This document shows positions 24,613-36,300 of a DNA stretch of 64,000 bases, one piece after another. This stretch comes from Octopus bimaculoides (taxonomy: Eukaryota), in contig NC_068998.1 of the NCBI RefSeq assembly GCF_001194135.2, positions 28,881,162-28,945,161 on the forward strand, read 5' to 3'. Numbering within the stretch: the stretch's first letter is position 1; each line of letters opens with the position of its first letter. The notes below the pieces were generated by a model that saw only the letters and a program-made list of their open reading frames with translations, was not told where the DNA came from and ran no database searches. Both the position numbers and the translations under genes were made by a program.

Positions 24613-24645
24613 TATATAAGAAAATGGTAATATAAGCTATCAGTT
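24613..24645 (+). promoter_or_regulatory. Candidate core promoter: TATATAAG (24613-24620) and TCAGTT initiator (24640-24645), predicted TSS A24642
   Basis: TATA starts 29 nt upstream of the Inr A, the canonical spacing. The Inr matches Drosophila-type TCAKTY. It lies 1.3 kb upstream of the candidate first coding exon. Confidence 0.45.
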
Positions 24646-25946
24646 GCACGAGGTAAAAGTGGTGGTGCTAAGGTTTGAAGCCAACAAGATTCACTTTGCC
24701 TCATAAAATATCTTTTGATATTTCTTTTATTTTTACTTACAAAGGAAAGTGAATTTTTCTTGAACTTTTGTTTTTTTTAGTTTAATATTTAGTAATATAA
24801 GACAAGCATTAGTTTGTACAAGTATGTAATTACTCTTGCGTTCTTTTTTTTTTTTTCTAATTGAATCACTTCTGTATACCTTTCCCAAATCACATAATAT
24901 AAAAGAGAGTAAATCAGATGTTCTAAATAATTTCTTGTATTTGGTGTAAAGAAAGTTTTGTGACTACTGACAGTAGGAAATTATTTTATAAAGGTTGTCT
25001 CTTCTTGTACTGATATAGTAGTTTGAGGTGGAAAATAAGACAAGAAGGAAAATGAAAAGAAAATCCAGTGTTATTGGAGGAGAAGATAAATCAAGCAGTA
25101 ATAGCACCACTAAGAGCAGTAGTAGTAATAGCAGAGCAGTAGTAGTAATAGCAGAGCAACAGCAGCAATAACAGCAGCAGCAACGGCAGGAACATTGCCT
25201 AGACTCCGAGACTAAATAAAATGTAGCAGCAGTAGTTGTAACACTGTTTGCAGCTGTGGCCTACTAACTTTCATGTTAGTATTGATGTATTATTTCATAA
25301 GAGAACAGCATTTGCGACTAGCAGAGCAAAAAGGAAAGAAGCCAAGATAGGTCTGATTTTAAGTAGAAATATTTACTGTGTTTTCAAGGAATATAGCATT
25401 ACAGTGTGTGTGTATATGGATCCTAAATCTGAATTCATTACTGTTTGACAGCACTTTCAATCTTATTTATCAACAGGATTCCTCATAATCATTTCTTTTA
25501 TGCATATATATGTATATATATATATAAATATTTATATATATAAGTCAGTATTCAAAAAGCATTTGCTTTCCAATAGCTATGTTGAATACTTGTATCTTCT
25601 TTAGCTGTTGCACATGTTAATGCACAAATATATATATGCACACAGACACACATACACATACACACACATAATTACAATATATGTTTGTATGTAGTATTTT
25701 TCATAAGATTATTAAATATTTAAACTTTCACTTTTAGCATTTTATATGAAGTTTACAAAATATTTGTAGAATAAACATTATTTATTGAATGCAGTAAATA
25801 AATTGTTGATACAATTTGCTTAAAAGAAAAGAAAATGTAGAAAAATTGAGTTTGAGAAATATTTTATATAACCTGTTTATATGCAACTTTAATCGGGCAT
25901 GATATTTGGGGAACTATTATAAAACTCATACCATAGATATTCCTAA

Positions 25947-26041
25947 ATGGAGAATCCTAATTACTCTAAAGTTGTCCTACCTCGGGTCCTTAGTACCAGT
26001 GCACTGAGAGTACCAAAACAGCGGTATTCATTCTGGCAAAG
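25947..26041 (+). CDS. Candidate first coding exon of an unidentified gene: MENPNYSKVVLPRVLSTSALRVPKQRYSFWQ + AG (phase 2)
   Basis: AAAATGG-like start context (A at -3, G at +4) with in-frame TAA immediately upstream. Open, non-repetitive and relatively GC/CpG-rich frame ending at a strong donor CAAAG|GTAAGA. Possible upstream acceptor CCATAG at 25936. Confidence 0.5.
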
Positions 26042-27724
26042 GTAAGATTTTTTCATCATTCATCATTTCAATTTACTAAATCTTTAATAAAAAATATCAT
26101 ACTAGGAAGAAAAACAGATCAATATATCGATTGTTAAGTTTGTGCTTAAAAAAAGCACTTAATTTTTTCACATAGAAAACTTAATGAATTATAACTTAAA
26201 CTATACCATTCTTTTAACATCAATTAATTTGAAGATATTTGGTAATATGAAAATTGATTGTGGCAGAGGAAGTAGTTGTGGATACAGGTACCAAATATTT
26301 TTAGATTTCAGCTTCTTTTTGTTATTTTACAAGTATAGACATTGCTGAATTGTTATTAGATATAAATTTTAATTATCATTTCTTCTGTTCTGCCAGTATA
26401 TTCTAATTTATGAATTTGTTGACAAAATATATAAATGCTGTTAATTAATTTCATTCATCAATAAAAGTCTTTTAGCATATGAACTGGTACGATTTTATAT
26501 ATCAGTCAGTCCTATTAACTGAAATTCCACAGAGATCTCTGCATTAAAAAAAGTATACATTGAACCATAACATCTTGTAAACATGTATGTACCACATAGT
26601 TTTCACTTCATAAGTTTTATTTATGATGAATGGCAAGCAACTTAGCTGCAATCCTAATTTTATTCCATTTTATAGCTATTTTTTTTTTTACTCCTTTAAT
26701 AGCCTAAAGCTCACCACTGATGAATACTTCATGTTATTAAAAGTGAAGCAATTAATTTTAGGATTATAATATGAAATAAATAAGTATATACTTACATTTA
26801 TCATAAATATTTCTAATTATTTGAAAGTTTCAAACATTTTTTTTTTATCATTGAAAATCTTTCATCAAATTGAGAGTCTTTCTGCTGTTTCAATTTCACC
26901 ATCAAATCTTATACATTCTTATTCACAAAACTCTATACCAACTGATCCAAAAGACTCGCATCCCAACTAATAATTTGTTAATAACAGATGAATTGTTTGT
27001 TTATCCAACAAATTTTGAAGTGAGATAGAATTTACCAAACATCCAGCCTTAATACATTATTTGTCAATTGTACACCTGTTGCATACCTGTAACTGTAGCA
27101 ACTAGTGAGCTGTACCACTTTCTGTCCCACTCTCACACAGTACACAGTGCTGGTGAGAAAGTGTAAGTCACAAATTGTTTTGTTTATTATTCAAAATTAT
27201 TCGCACCCCTTACTTATATGAAATTCTCAAACACTATAGTAGTAGTGAGAATTCCTTGTAGTTAAGGAATATATTCCCCTGATGGGAGGTGCATATGATC
27301 AATGAGGAACTAGCTGTTGCACACACACACACCAAAGATGACTGAACAAGTCTAAACATTCACAAATAACCTGATACCTATTTTAAACAATTAATTGATA
27401 TTCGTGTGTCTCTAGTCGATAGTGCGTTGGGTACATTCTTAAATGATATGACTGTAGCAAGTTATACCCTTGTGCCTAGAAACGATAGAGTAGTTCTTCA
27501 ATGCAACACCTTAATGTACACTGCAACATTTGAATATAAAGTGAACAACACAAACCAATGAAGAAGCTGCTAGAAATAGCACCCAGGTCTCTTCAAAATG
27601 TCATCTTGCAATTTTATAAAGGCAAGAGCTAAAATCATCTTTGATCATTGGACTGCTTGACCTGACATCACATGGTGCTTAATAATTACAACCACAACAA
27701 ATGAACTGCATACTGTTGCTGCTG

Positions 27725-27755
<31 letters not shown>

Positions 27756-28855
27756 CTTATTTAAATAAATTTCTAAAAGCATAAAGAACATCACAATGAA
27801 ATAGATTCTTTTCATTGTTCCGTTCTGAATATAAACATGCTGGAAAAAAGTATTATTGTCAGTTTTCTGTTTTTTGTTCTTAGTCATTGCTAATCACATA
27901 GACCTATGATTAAAAGTATTCCACCATGATCATCACATCTTAATTTCTAGAATGGTGTCCTTTATGAAGGTGTGATTTGAGAAAGATTTGGGTGAGGCTT
28001 CCATGTTGGCTTGCTTACTTTCTTGTTGACAGTGTTAATATTACCGGTAATAAACAATCATCAGTTAGTAATGAAATAAAGGTCTGTTGTTGTTCTTGTT
28101 CTTTAGCCTCAAGTTAGTCCTGATTTAGGGGTATCAAACACATTTTCAAGACCATAAGTTGTTATTCAAGAGCAATTTTGATACTGTTTCTCACAGGTTG
28201 AATAACTGTGTGAATCTTTTTTGTTGGTCTGTAAAATTACTGATAATCACTTATTGATATGAAGTTAATAACAATTAATCATATTTCTACAGTGATACAT
28301 ATTTTTTTGAGAAATATATTCAATGAAGTTGACACCAGCATATGACTGGTACATATTTTATTAACCCTAGTAGCAAAAAAGTCAAGTTAAACCTGCAGAA
28401 GAACTGAAAATATAATGTCAAAGAATTAAAATAAATTCTACAAGGCATTTACTTTGGCACTCTGCAGTTTCTACTACACCATTGCACAATTAATGGGAAA
28501 TCAATAATCACAATAACTTTCAATATCACTTGGATAGTAGTAATTTTTGATATTTCTTGCCCAACTCCTTTATAGCTCCAGTTAATAATTTTAAAGCCTT
28601 GAGTATTTCAGTTAAGTAAAGAGTTTGAGTGAAGTCCATCTCATAATATTGCTCTAAGCTTCCCTTCTCATTTTCTGTCTGCTGTGGCCGAATAGGTGAC
28701 ATTCTGTAGATTGCATATTTACATATTACTAGAAACAGTGTATTGCAGCTCTGAGATATGTTTTACTGTTCCTAGCTACTACAATAACATAACCTTCATA
28801 AGCCTCATACTGTGTAGAAGCTACGAAGTCTGTGTACATGTATATTGATTACTTT

Positions 28856-28888
28856 ACAGGTCAACATTCTGTAAGAATGTTGACCTGT
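28856..28888. repeat. Perfect 15-bp inverted repeat with 3-nt loop
   Basis: ACAGGTCAACATTCT-GTA-AGAATGTTGACCTGT. Confidence 0.95.
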
Positions 28889-29016
28889 CCCATTTGCTCT
28901 CTATGGGTCCATTTTAATTCCTTAGAGAGGGTTGTACTAAAAGAAATATTAGAAGCCTAAAAATCATCATAATCAACCTCATTGTCATCCTTAACTTTCC
29001 ACCAACACCTGTACTA

Positions 29017-29115
29017 TCCTCCTCCTCCTCCGCCTCCTCTCCTCCTCTCCTCCTCCTCCTCCTCCTCATCATCATCATCACCACCACCACCACCATCACC
29101 ACCACCACCACCACT

Positions 29116-29146
<31 letters not shown>

Positions 29147-29155
29147 TTATCATCT
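29017..29155. repeat. Compound triplet microsatellite (CCT)n-(CAT)n-(CAC)n-(CAT)n
   Basis: Direct reading. A second (CAT)n tract lies at about 29548-29616. Confidence 0.95.
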
Positions 29156-30881
29156 AAACATCTAAACATTGATGGAGATAGCCATAGCAACAACCTTTTA
29201 ATCCTCCACTTTCTTTTCTCAACAACCATTAGCAGATTCTCCTGGAGCCAGATCTTTGATGAAAGTAATAATAAGGTCTCTAAAATTAACAATATTACTG
29301 CACCTTCTTTTTATCGTTTAGTCTGGTGGAAAGGGTTCTCTGAGACCAGTGAAGGAAGGGGCAGAGGAAATTTCAAAGAGATGCAGGGTTGAGTGTAGGG
29401 TGTGAATTCTGAGGCAAGGCAGGATTAATGAAAAGAGGAGAAATAGGTATGCTGGATGAGTTTGAACATCAGTTCCATTAATGGTGCTGCAAATACCATT
29501 GGTGCGACCATCTTTAAAGAAAGTGCAAAAAAATCCTCTAAGCGCACTCATCATTATCATCTTCATCATCATTATCATCATCATCATCATCATCATCCTC
29601 ATCATCATCCTCATTTCATTGTCTATTTTTCCACTATTACAAGGCTTGGCTAGATTTACATATTTTCTTTGCACTTCATTGCGTAGCATCTAATTTGTGT
29701 AGCTAAAGTTTCTAGTATTTAGGATACTTTCTTCTTGGAAGGTTTTATTTGGCCTACGTCTATTTATGTATTCTCACAAGTACTCTCAATAGTTTTCTAC
29801 TGAGCATATGTCAATCCATATTAATACATTTATTTCTCTTCTATTATTTCAATTGAATTGTACTCATCCAGTCATTCAAATTTTATATTCTTTTCATTAG
29901 CTATTCATTAGATTGTTCACAGTTTGTTCTTTTCAAATGGCTTCAGGTAGTCTATTACAATGAATTAAAATTGACATGTATTGTAATATCTGTCATTTGT
30001 TGCTAATTGTTCTCACTTTTTTGTTGAAATCTGACATATCCAAGTTTTTAGATATGGAGCATTGAATTTATTTGAAATTGAACAAATAGTTTCATGATTT
30101 ACAAAATATGCAAATGAATTAATTACCTAATGTAAGTCTGTAGTAATTTTCTCTCATATACTTCTCTATATTTTTGTAATGTTTGATAAGTGTTCATTTA
30201 TATTACTTGATAATGAGAGTATCTTCTTTTCCAATCTGAATTAAGTAGAGTCTAGAGATATTTGCACATGCTATATGCAGGATTTGTACTGGAAGATCAC
30301 AAAGGTGATCCATTAGCAATAGGGAATAAGTTTTAGGGGTGGGTAGAAAGTTAGAATTATCACTCCCCATGAAAAGGTAAAAAAATATAGTTATATTGAA
30401 ATGTCATTAAAGGTTAGAATTCTGGTCTGATTTCATTCCTAATTTGTATAATTCTTCTTGATGCTTTTAAAATTTCTACAACTAACTGTGAAAGCTCTAT
30501 TGCTTTCATTGGTATCATGTTTCTAACTGATTTTATTCAACATTTATTGAGTAATCTTTATAGCTGGATGTGAAACTGGTTCTCATATAAGTAGGCTCTC
30601 TTTACCTCATTCATATTCTGTATTCAGTAGCATCATAAGTTTATTTTTATCAAGTGAAACTCATATATCATTCTAGATATAATCTTAATTTCAAGTTAAT
30701 CACTAGTGAATGATCCCCTCAAATTTAACCTGACTTAGGGGATCTCTCTTATGTTAAAATTCTGGACTAAACAGCTTTTAAATATAGAATTAATTATTTT
30801 GCGGATGGTTATATTATTTATTAGCATATATTTATTGTCAGGTTTACACAATTGATGAAAGTATTGGAGATCTATCAAAAA

Positions 30882-31208
30882 CAATGGTTCTCATCCGGGG
30901 TCCATTTAAGATTGTTGGTGGTCCACACAACAAAATAGTAAGTGAGGATCCACAATAGTATTTTAAGGGCCCCTGAAAAAACATTTGCTATAGATATATG
31001 TATTGGTATGTATTGCAAGAAACAGCTAGGTTTCTTTCTTTAACATTTTACATAGTTCAACCTACACAAGTTAATGTGCGAAAAACAAAATAGGAATTTT
31101 GAAAATTTCTATAAAACTAGTTTTAAACATTGAATGGCTACAGAGGTTCACCAGAATAAAATAATAATGAAAGGGGTCCATAGATAAAAAAATGGTTGAG
31201 AACCCCTG
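30882..31208. mobile_element. hAT (Charlie-type) MITE
   Basis: TIRs CAATGGTTCTCATCC / GGTTGAGAACCCCTG. Subterminal ggggtcca repeats at both ends. Flanks atcaaaaa / atctaagg may be a decayed 8-bp TSD. Confidence 0.8.
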
Positions 31209-31329
31209 ATCTAAGGATTGGTTACAAGATCTTTAATGAAAGCAATTCTAATGTTTCCTCAATCAGCATTATTGTTGTACATATTTGATGGTTTTATAGG
31301 AGAAAAGAACAATGTCCATGACCTTTGCA

Positions 31330-31520
31330 GACTCTCTAAGACCATAAAAGGGAAGGGCAGGGGGAATTCCAGAGAAATGAAGGATTATGTTTAGGGATTA
31401 GTGTAAGAAGTGTGGTGTACGAAAGGAAGAGGGATGGATGTGTTGGGGGATTAAGAACATCAGTCCCATCAATGTTACTAGTGCTGACCATCTTCCTCAA
31501 AATAAGTGAAAAGTGAAAAT
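31330..31520 (-). mobile_element. Possible CR1-like 3' end remnant
   Basis: Minus frame ends ..SFLWNSPCPSLL, resembling the CR1 terminus LWNSLP.S.FP. Confidence 0.3.
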
Positions 31521-32574
31521 GATTACTGTCAAATTGCCAAAACACACTTTGATTGACATTACAACCCTTCAGATAATCAGATGAAAGCTCTTCCACTTGG
31601 ATTTTTATCTCAAATTTGTTTTACAGCTGCAAATTATTTGGGACTTGGAAATATGTTTACAAAGTTCAGAGTTATAAAATAATTTCTTTTGATAAAAAAT
31701 GGAGCAAAATCTGCAACAGAGAAATATATAAATAGACTGGATGTGTCATCTAATATATGTTACTGCATTTCTCGAGAGGAAATTGAATTCTATGTTTTAC
31801 CTCATCTAATCAAATAGGAAACATGTACCAGATCTCTTGAAAGATCATTAAAATCAACTGGTTTTAGAATTTATTAATAGAATCTACAAAAGCAGTTATC
31901 TAAGGGCCAATATATAGAGCTAAATAATTGTTCAATGGAACTTTATGTGACATTCATACCTTATGTGCATATATTGTTGACAACAATCTGTCATGTTTTG
32001 AATCCAGACCAATAAAGCATCATTTAGCTAAAAATACACAGTTTAGTACATTACATTCTTTACTGGTCAGAAAGTACAAAATTGTCCACTAATCTAAATT
32101 CAAATACAAATTTTATCAATTTTTACATGACCTATTTTATTGTAACACTTTAGCAACAAATTTTACTAAAGCTGTAAAAAGAAATTGTTGCAAATTAAGG
32201 TTTTGGCCCAGGCCTTGCCTAACATAATATTGCTACCTGATGAACTTAGTGGCACCATGAATATTAAGATGTTTTCTGGTAGGTTTATTCTAAAGTGAAT
32301 ATGAATGCGGAAATGATTTACTCTTCAGTATATACCTCTTGGAAATACATCACTCTCAGCCATGTGTCTATTAGTAAATAGGTTACTAATGGAGTAGAAC
32401 TTATCCAGTACTTGTCAGCAACACATCTCTGAACAGTATGTTGTACATTTATAATACTGCTTCTTTGTCATCATACTTGAAATACCTGAAATACTTGTTA
32501 ATATTTATTGATTCTTTAAAATCAATCTACCTACATTGATTGTTTAATTGTAAAGTATGAATGTTCATCTATAT

Positions 32575-32611
32575 CTATCTGTGTGTGTGTATGTATATGT
32601 ATGTATGTATG

Positions 32612-32645
<34 letters not shown>

Positions 32646-32691
32646 TGTATGTACGTACGTATGTACGCATGCATGTACGTACGTACGTATG

Positions 32692-32720
<29 letters not shown>
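32575..32720. repeat. (TATG)n/(TACG)n microsatellite
   Basis: Direct reading. Confidence 0.95.
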
Positions 32721-32724
<4 letters not shown>

Positions 32725-35586
32725 GTTGTGTATAACTTAGACATGAATTATATATCCAGTCACAATTTATTATACTTTTTGAGAAGATAATTATAAAATC
32801 TTAATGTAAAAAAATGTTTATTAATTACAATAACATTAGTAGTTGATTTAAAGCTTAGATATTCCATTTGTATCCCTGATACCCACATTATCTTGTATGG
32901 CTTCCAAATTATTCAAAATTTCTCTTCATTTCACCCTTTACCTCAAGTCTTGCTTCTTATTGAACTGACTCTTGTTTATACAGTGCACTACTACTTGTTT
33001 CTTTGAATATTAGTGGCTAAATCTCATTGCTATAGTTACTCTTTGCTTTTGCATGATGATATTTTATTCTTATAAGTGGAGACTTGGTGAATATTTGCTT
33101 TTTACAGAAAACATCAAAAAAAGGTTGGTATTTTGTTCGAGAAGCAATATTAATGAGGTGTATGTAATCACAGATTAACAATTGCTATGAACTTCTTGTT
33201 TATCAGTATTATTATATTGCAGCAGTTGGATGTCACAGCCTACATATCAATGCCATGCACTATATGTATCTGCACTTGTTATTGAGGTTTGCAGTTTGAT
33301 TCTTGTTTTGAATTTTTTAGTTCTAAATATTCAGCCTTGTTAAAGCCAAAATACTACATGTGTTTATTTTCCATAATGTCATATTGTTTACTTCTTAGAT
33401 GTGTTCTGAAATGACAATGTTTCAAGGAAACTAAAAGTTAATTCTTTCAGTTTCTTAATATATGATATTCTATGATACAAACTTAGCAAACAATGACCAT
33501 AAGTGATCAAATGGTATGGAACCACCATCCTCAAGGTGTAACTAACCTAGGTTCTTATTAGTACTTTCAAACAATATTTTAACATATTCAAATAATGTGC
33601 ATAGCAGTTCTTTAATAGTTATATATACTGTTGTCAGATATATGTTATGAGTTGATTGCAATTGTTAAGATGAATGTTATGTTAATAACACTCAAATTAA
33701 GCCAGTCACAATAGATGTAATTCCATTCAAAATAATATCTTGTACTGAGCTTCACTCTTCAGCACTAATACTCTTTTCTTCTTATCCTATGATAAAACTG
33801 TAAATACATGCATAACTGTGTATAAATAGCACAAAAAATCTGAGCAGAAAAAATATTTTACAAGACCATTACCTGTTTGTCTCAGAAAAAGATTATGCAG
33901 ACATCTCACAAAACTAAAGCAAACAGTGCAATTACCAACTTAGAACAATCCCAGTATCATTTTCAATGACAAAACTTACAATTAATACCAAGTGACTCTA
34001 ATATCATGATAAATTCTGCTGAAAAGCTGAGAAATTAGCCTACTTAGCTATTGAATTAAAATAAATATGGAATATAAAGAATGCATTCATCATTATAGTT
34101 CTAATTAGTACGAATGGAATGGTTTACAATCAGTTATGTAAAGTTATCAACAAGTTAACAATAAGTATATTTACAAATTCCAAAAATAGCAATGTTATCA
34201 GAGCATTCACTCAAACCATTTGTTCATCATGAAAATTTGTATGCACATCTTATTAGATGTACTTTATTCTTTGTGATATAAGAAATAGAAGATATTCTCC
34301 AAGCATATGCTAATAATGATGATGTTTTCTTGAGTTGGTGCCAACTTATAAACCAATAATGCTAAGTGGCTTATTTTGTGCTTTTTATATTGGTTTTATG
34401 TTTTGTAAAATAAGATTACATAGTAAAAAGGAGTGACAGGCAGAAAAGAATGCTGAACTAAATTCCTTGCAGTACCCATTAGATAAGCCTCTGAGTTCAA
34501 ATCATTGCTGTTCAAATTGGTGGATTTTTGCCAAAGATTGAAATCAGTATGATAAAATGAATTAAAATTGTATCATACATGTAATACAAGCCAGCTTTGG
34601 ATCTAACTAGAATGCGTTATACCACACCTGTTATGGGTGTCACTGTCCCATTGTACCACTTCAAGAGGATATCTGAAAGTTCTACCCACTCAAACACTGT
34701 GAGTCAAGCGAAACATAGTTTTCTGCAGAAAGTGGAAATAAATCTTTGTAAGTCTTCCACTTGGCCAGGATTTGAAAGAGTTACTGGGAACTAACCAACA
34801 AAAAATCGTGCATCAGTATTTCACCAGAAAACAAGGATTTCTACTCATGACAAAGCCAACTGATCTAGATTGTATTATGACAGACAATATTTATTTTACC
34901 CTGTTCATCCTGGATTATGGTGCTGCTGTTCTAGTTTTCTCCCTCTGTGAGGTATTAGAGACAACATGCAAACTGTGCATAGAGAGGTTGTCAATGATCT
35001 TTTTTTGTGCTCCGTATAGCATCCATATATCCTATTGTAATAATAGAAATAGCAACATGTAGCTATTCAATTAGGTCTTTAGCTGATCACCATGAATGTG
35101 CTGTAAACAAAACAGCCTGATGCTGTTAACAACAAGCATAGTACTGATGCTTTTGATGAAAGATGAATAATTGATATCTAATGTCCTGCTGGCAGAAATG
35201 TTCCTTTAATGAGACTGAAGACTATAAAACCCAAGAGAGCACAAGAGACCATAAAGTTAGAGGAGTGCAAGAGATAATGAAGGGCATGCATTCAAACAAT
35301 TATCTGGCCATTCAACAAGTGCTCAGTTAGGTAGAGTCTAAATGGAAATCTCTCTCTCTCTCTCTCTCTCAAGAGGAGAAAATAGGGAGACATAAACAAT
35401 ATTAAAAATAAGTAGCAGTACTATTCAGTTAATTTTCATTTTTTTAAAACTTTTTCTATGTATATATATANNNNNNNNNNNNNNNNNNNNNNNNNNNNNN
35501 NNNNNNNNNNNNNNNNNNNNNNNNNNNNNNNNNNNNNNNNNNNNNNNNNNNNNNNNNNNNNNNNNNNNNNNNNNNNNNNNNNNNNN

Positions 35587-35619
<33 letters not shown>

Positions 35620-35719
35620 CAGTATATGCCACACTAAAAAACTAAGAGTGTACAACAACACACTTGAAAGGTAAACATTCAAGATAAAAACTGCCAAGAC
35701 AAAAGACATTAATATAATA

Positions 35720-36300
35720 AACACTTTCCTAAACACCATCATCAGAAAAGACTTTAATGCACACAGCTCATCCAAGAAGAAACAAAATGCAGATAACATT
35801 TAAGGAGACAAATTGCAACATACTGAAAACCCCACACCAACAGACACTTACCTTGCTAAGATAACTGCAACAGCTTCTTGCCAGATACCAGACTCTACTC
35901 CATGACTACATGGTAAACTTTCTCTAACCTTCTTTTTCCTCTGACCACTACCCATCATAATTATTAGCACTAAGACAATGAGGAACAAAACCACTTTTAC
36001 AAACTTCAAAAAACCCAATGAAACCAGTAACAGTTTTCAAAATCCAACATTACTACAGTCACCAACATAGATACTGCAATAGAAAAATCCAGAAAAAGAA
36101 ATTGTCATCCCATAAAACAATATTATAAATGCCATCTCATTTTCCAACATAAACAATAAAATGAACAGTAAAATTCTACTGCACAAACAATTGCTACAAA
36201 ACACCCTTAAGAACCAATACAAAATGTTAACTAGCAAATTATCATTCAAATCATCAAGCTTGTGTAACGTACAAAAACAACACTAACAATTTTCCCTACC
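35720..36300 (+). mobile_element. Degraded LINE apurinic-endonuclease remnant (Jockey/I/CR1 group)
   Basis: NTIIRKDFNAHSS (GDFNAH motif) at about 35732 and SSDHYP at about 35937. A/C-rich composition typical of LINE sense strand. Confidence 0.6.

Noticed and set aside
26700-26770. CTGATGA-ATACTT..AAGT-GAAGCAATTAATTT hammerhead-like motif
   Set aside because: GAAA box mutated and helix I cannot be formed adjacent to the core; within chance expectation in AT-rich DNA.
28982-29392. 136-aa Pro/Ser-rich ORF
   Set aside because: Starts at TTG just after a stop with no acceptor, and nearly half is triplet microsatellite.
34597-34794. 65-aa ORF with nearby GTGAGT/GTAAGT donors (including a 19-nt ctgcag..gtaagt segment)
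   Set aside because: TTG start, weak acceptors, and phases incompatible with the other candidate exons.
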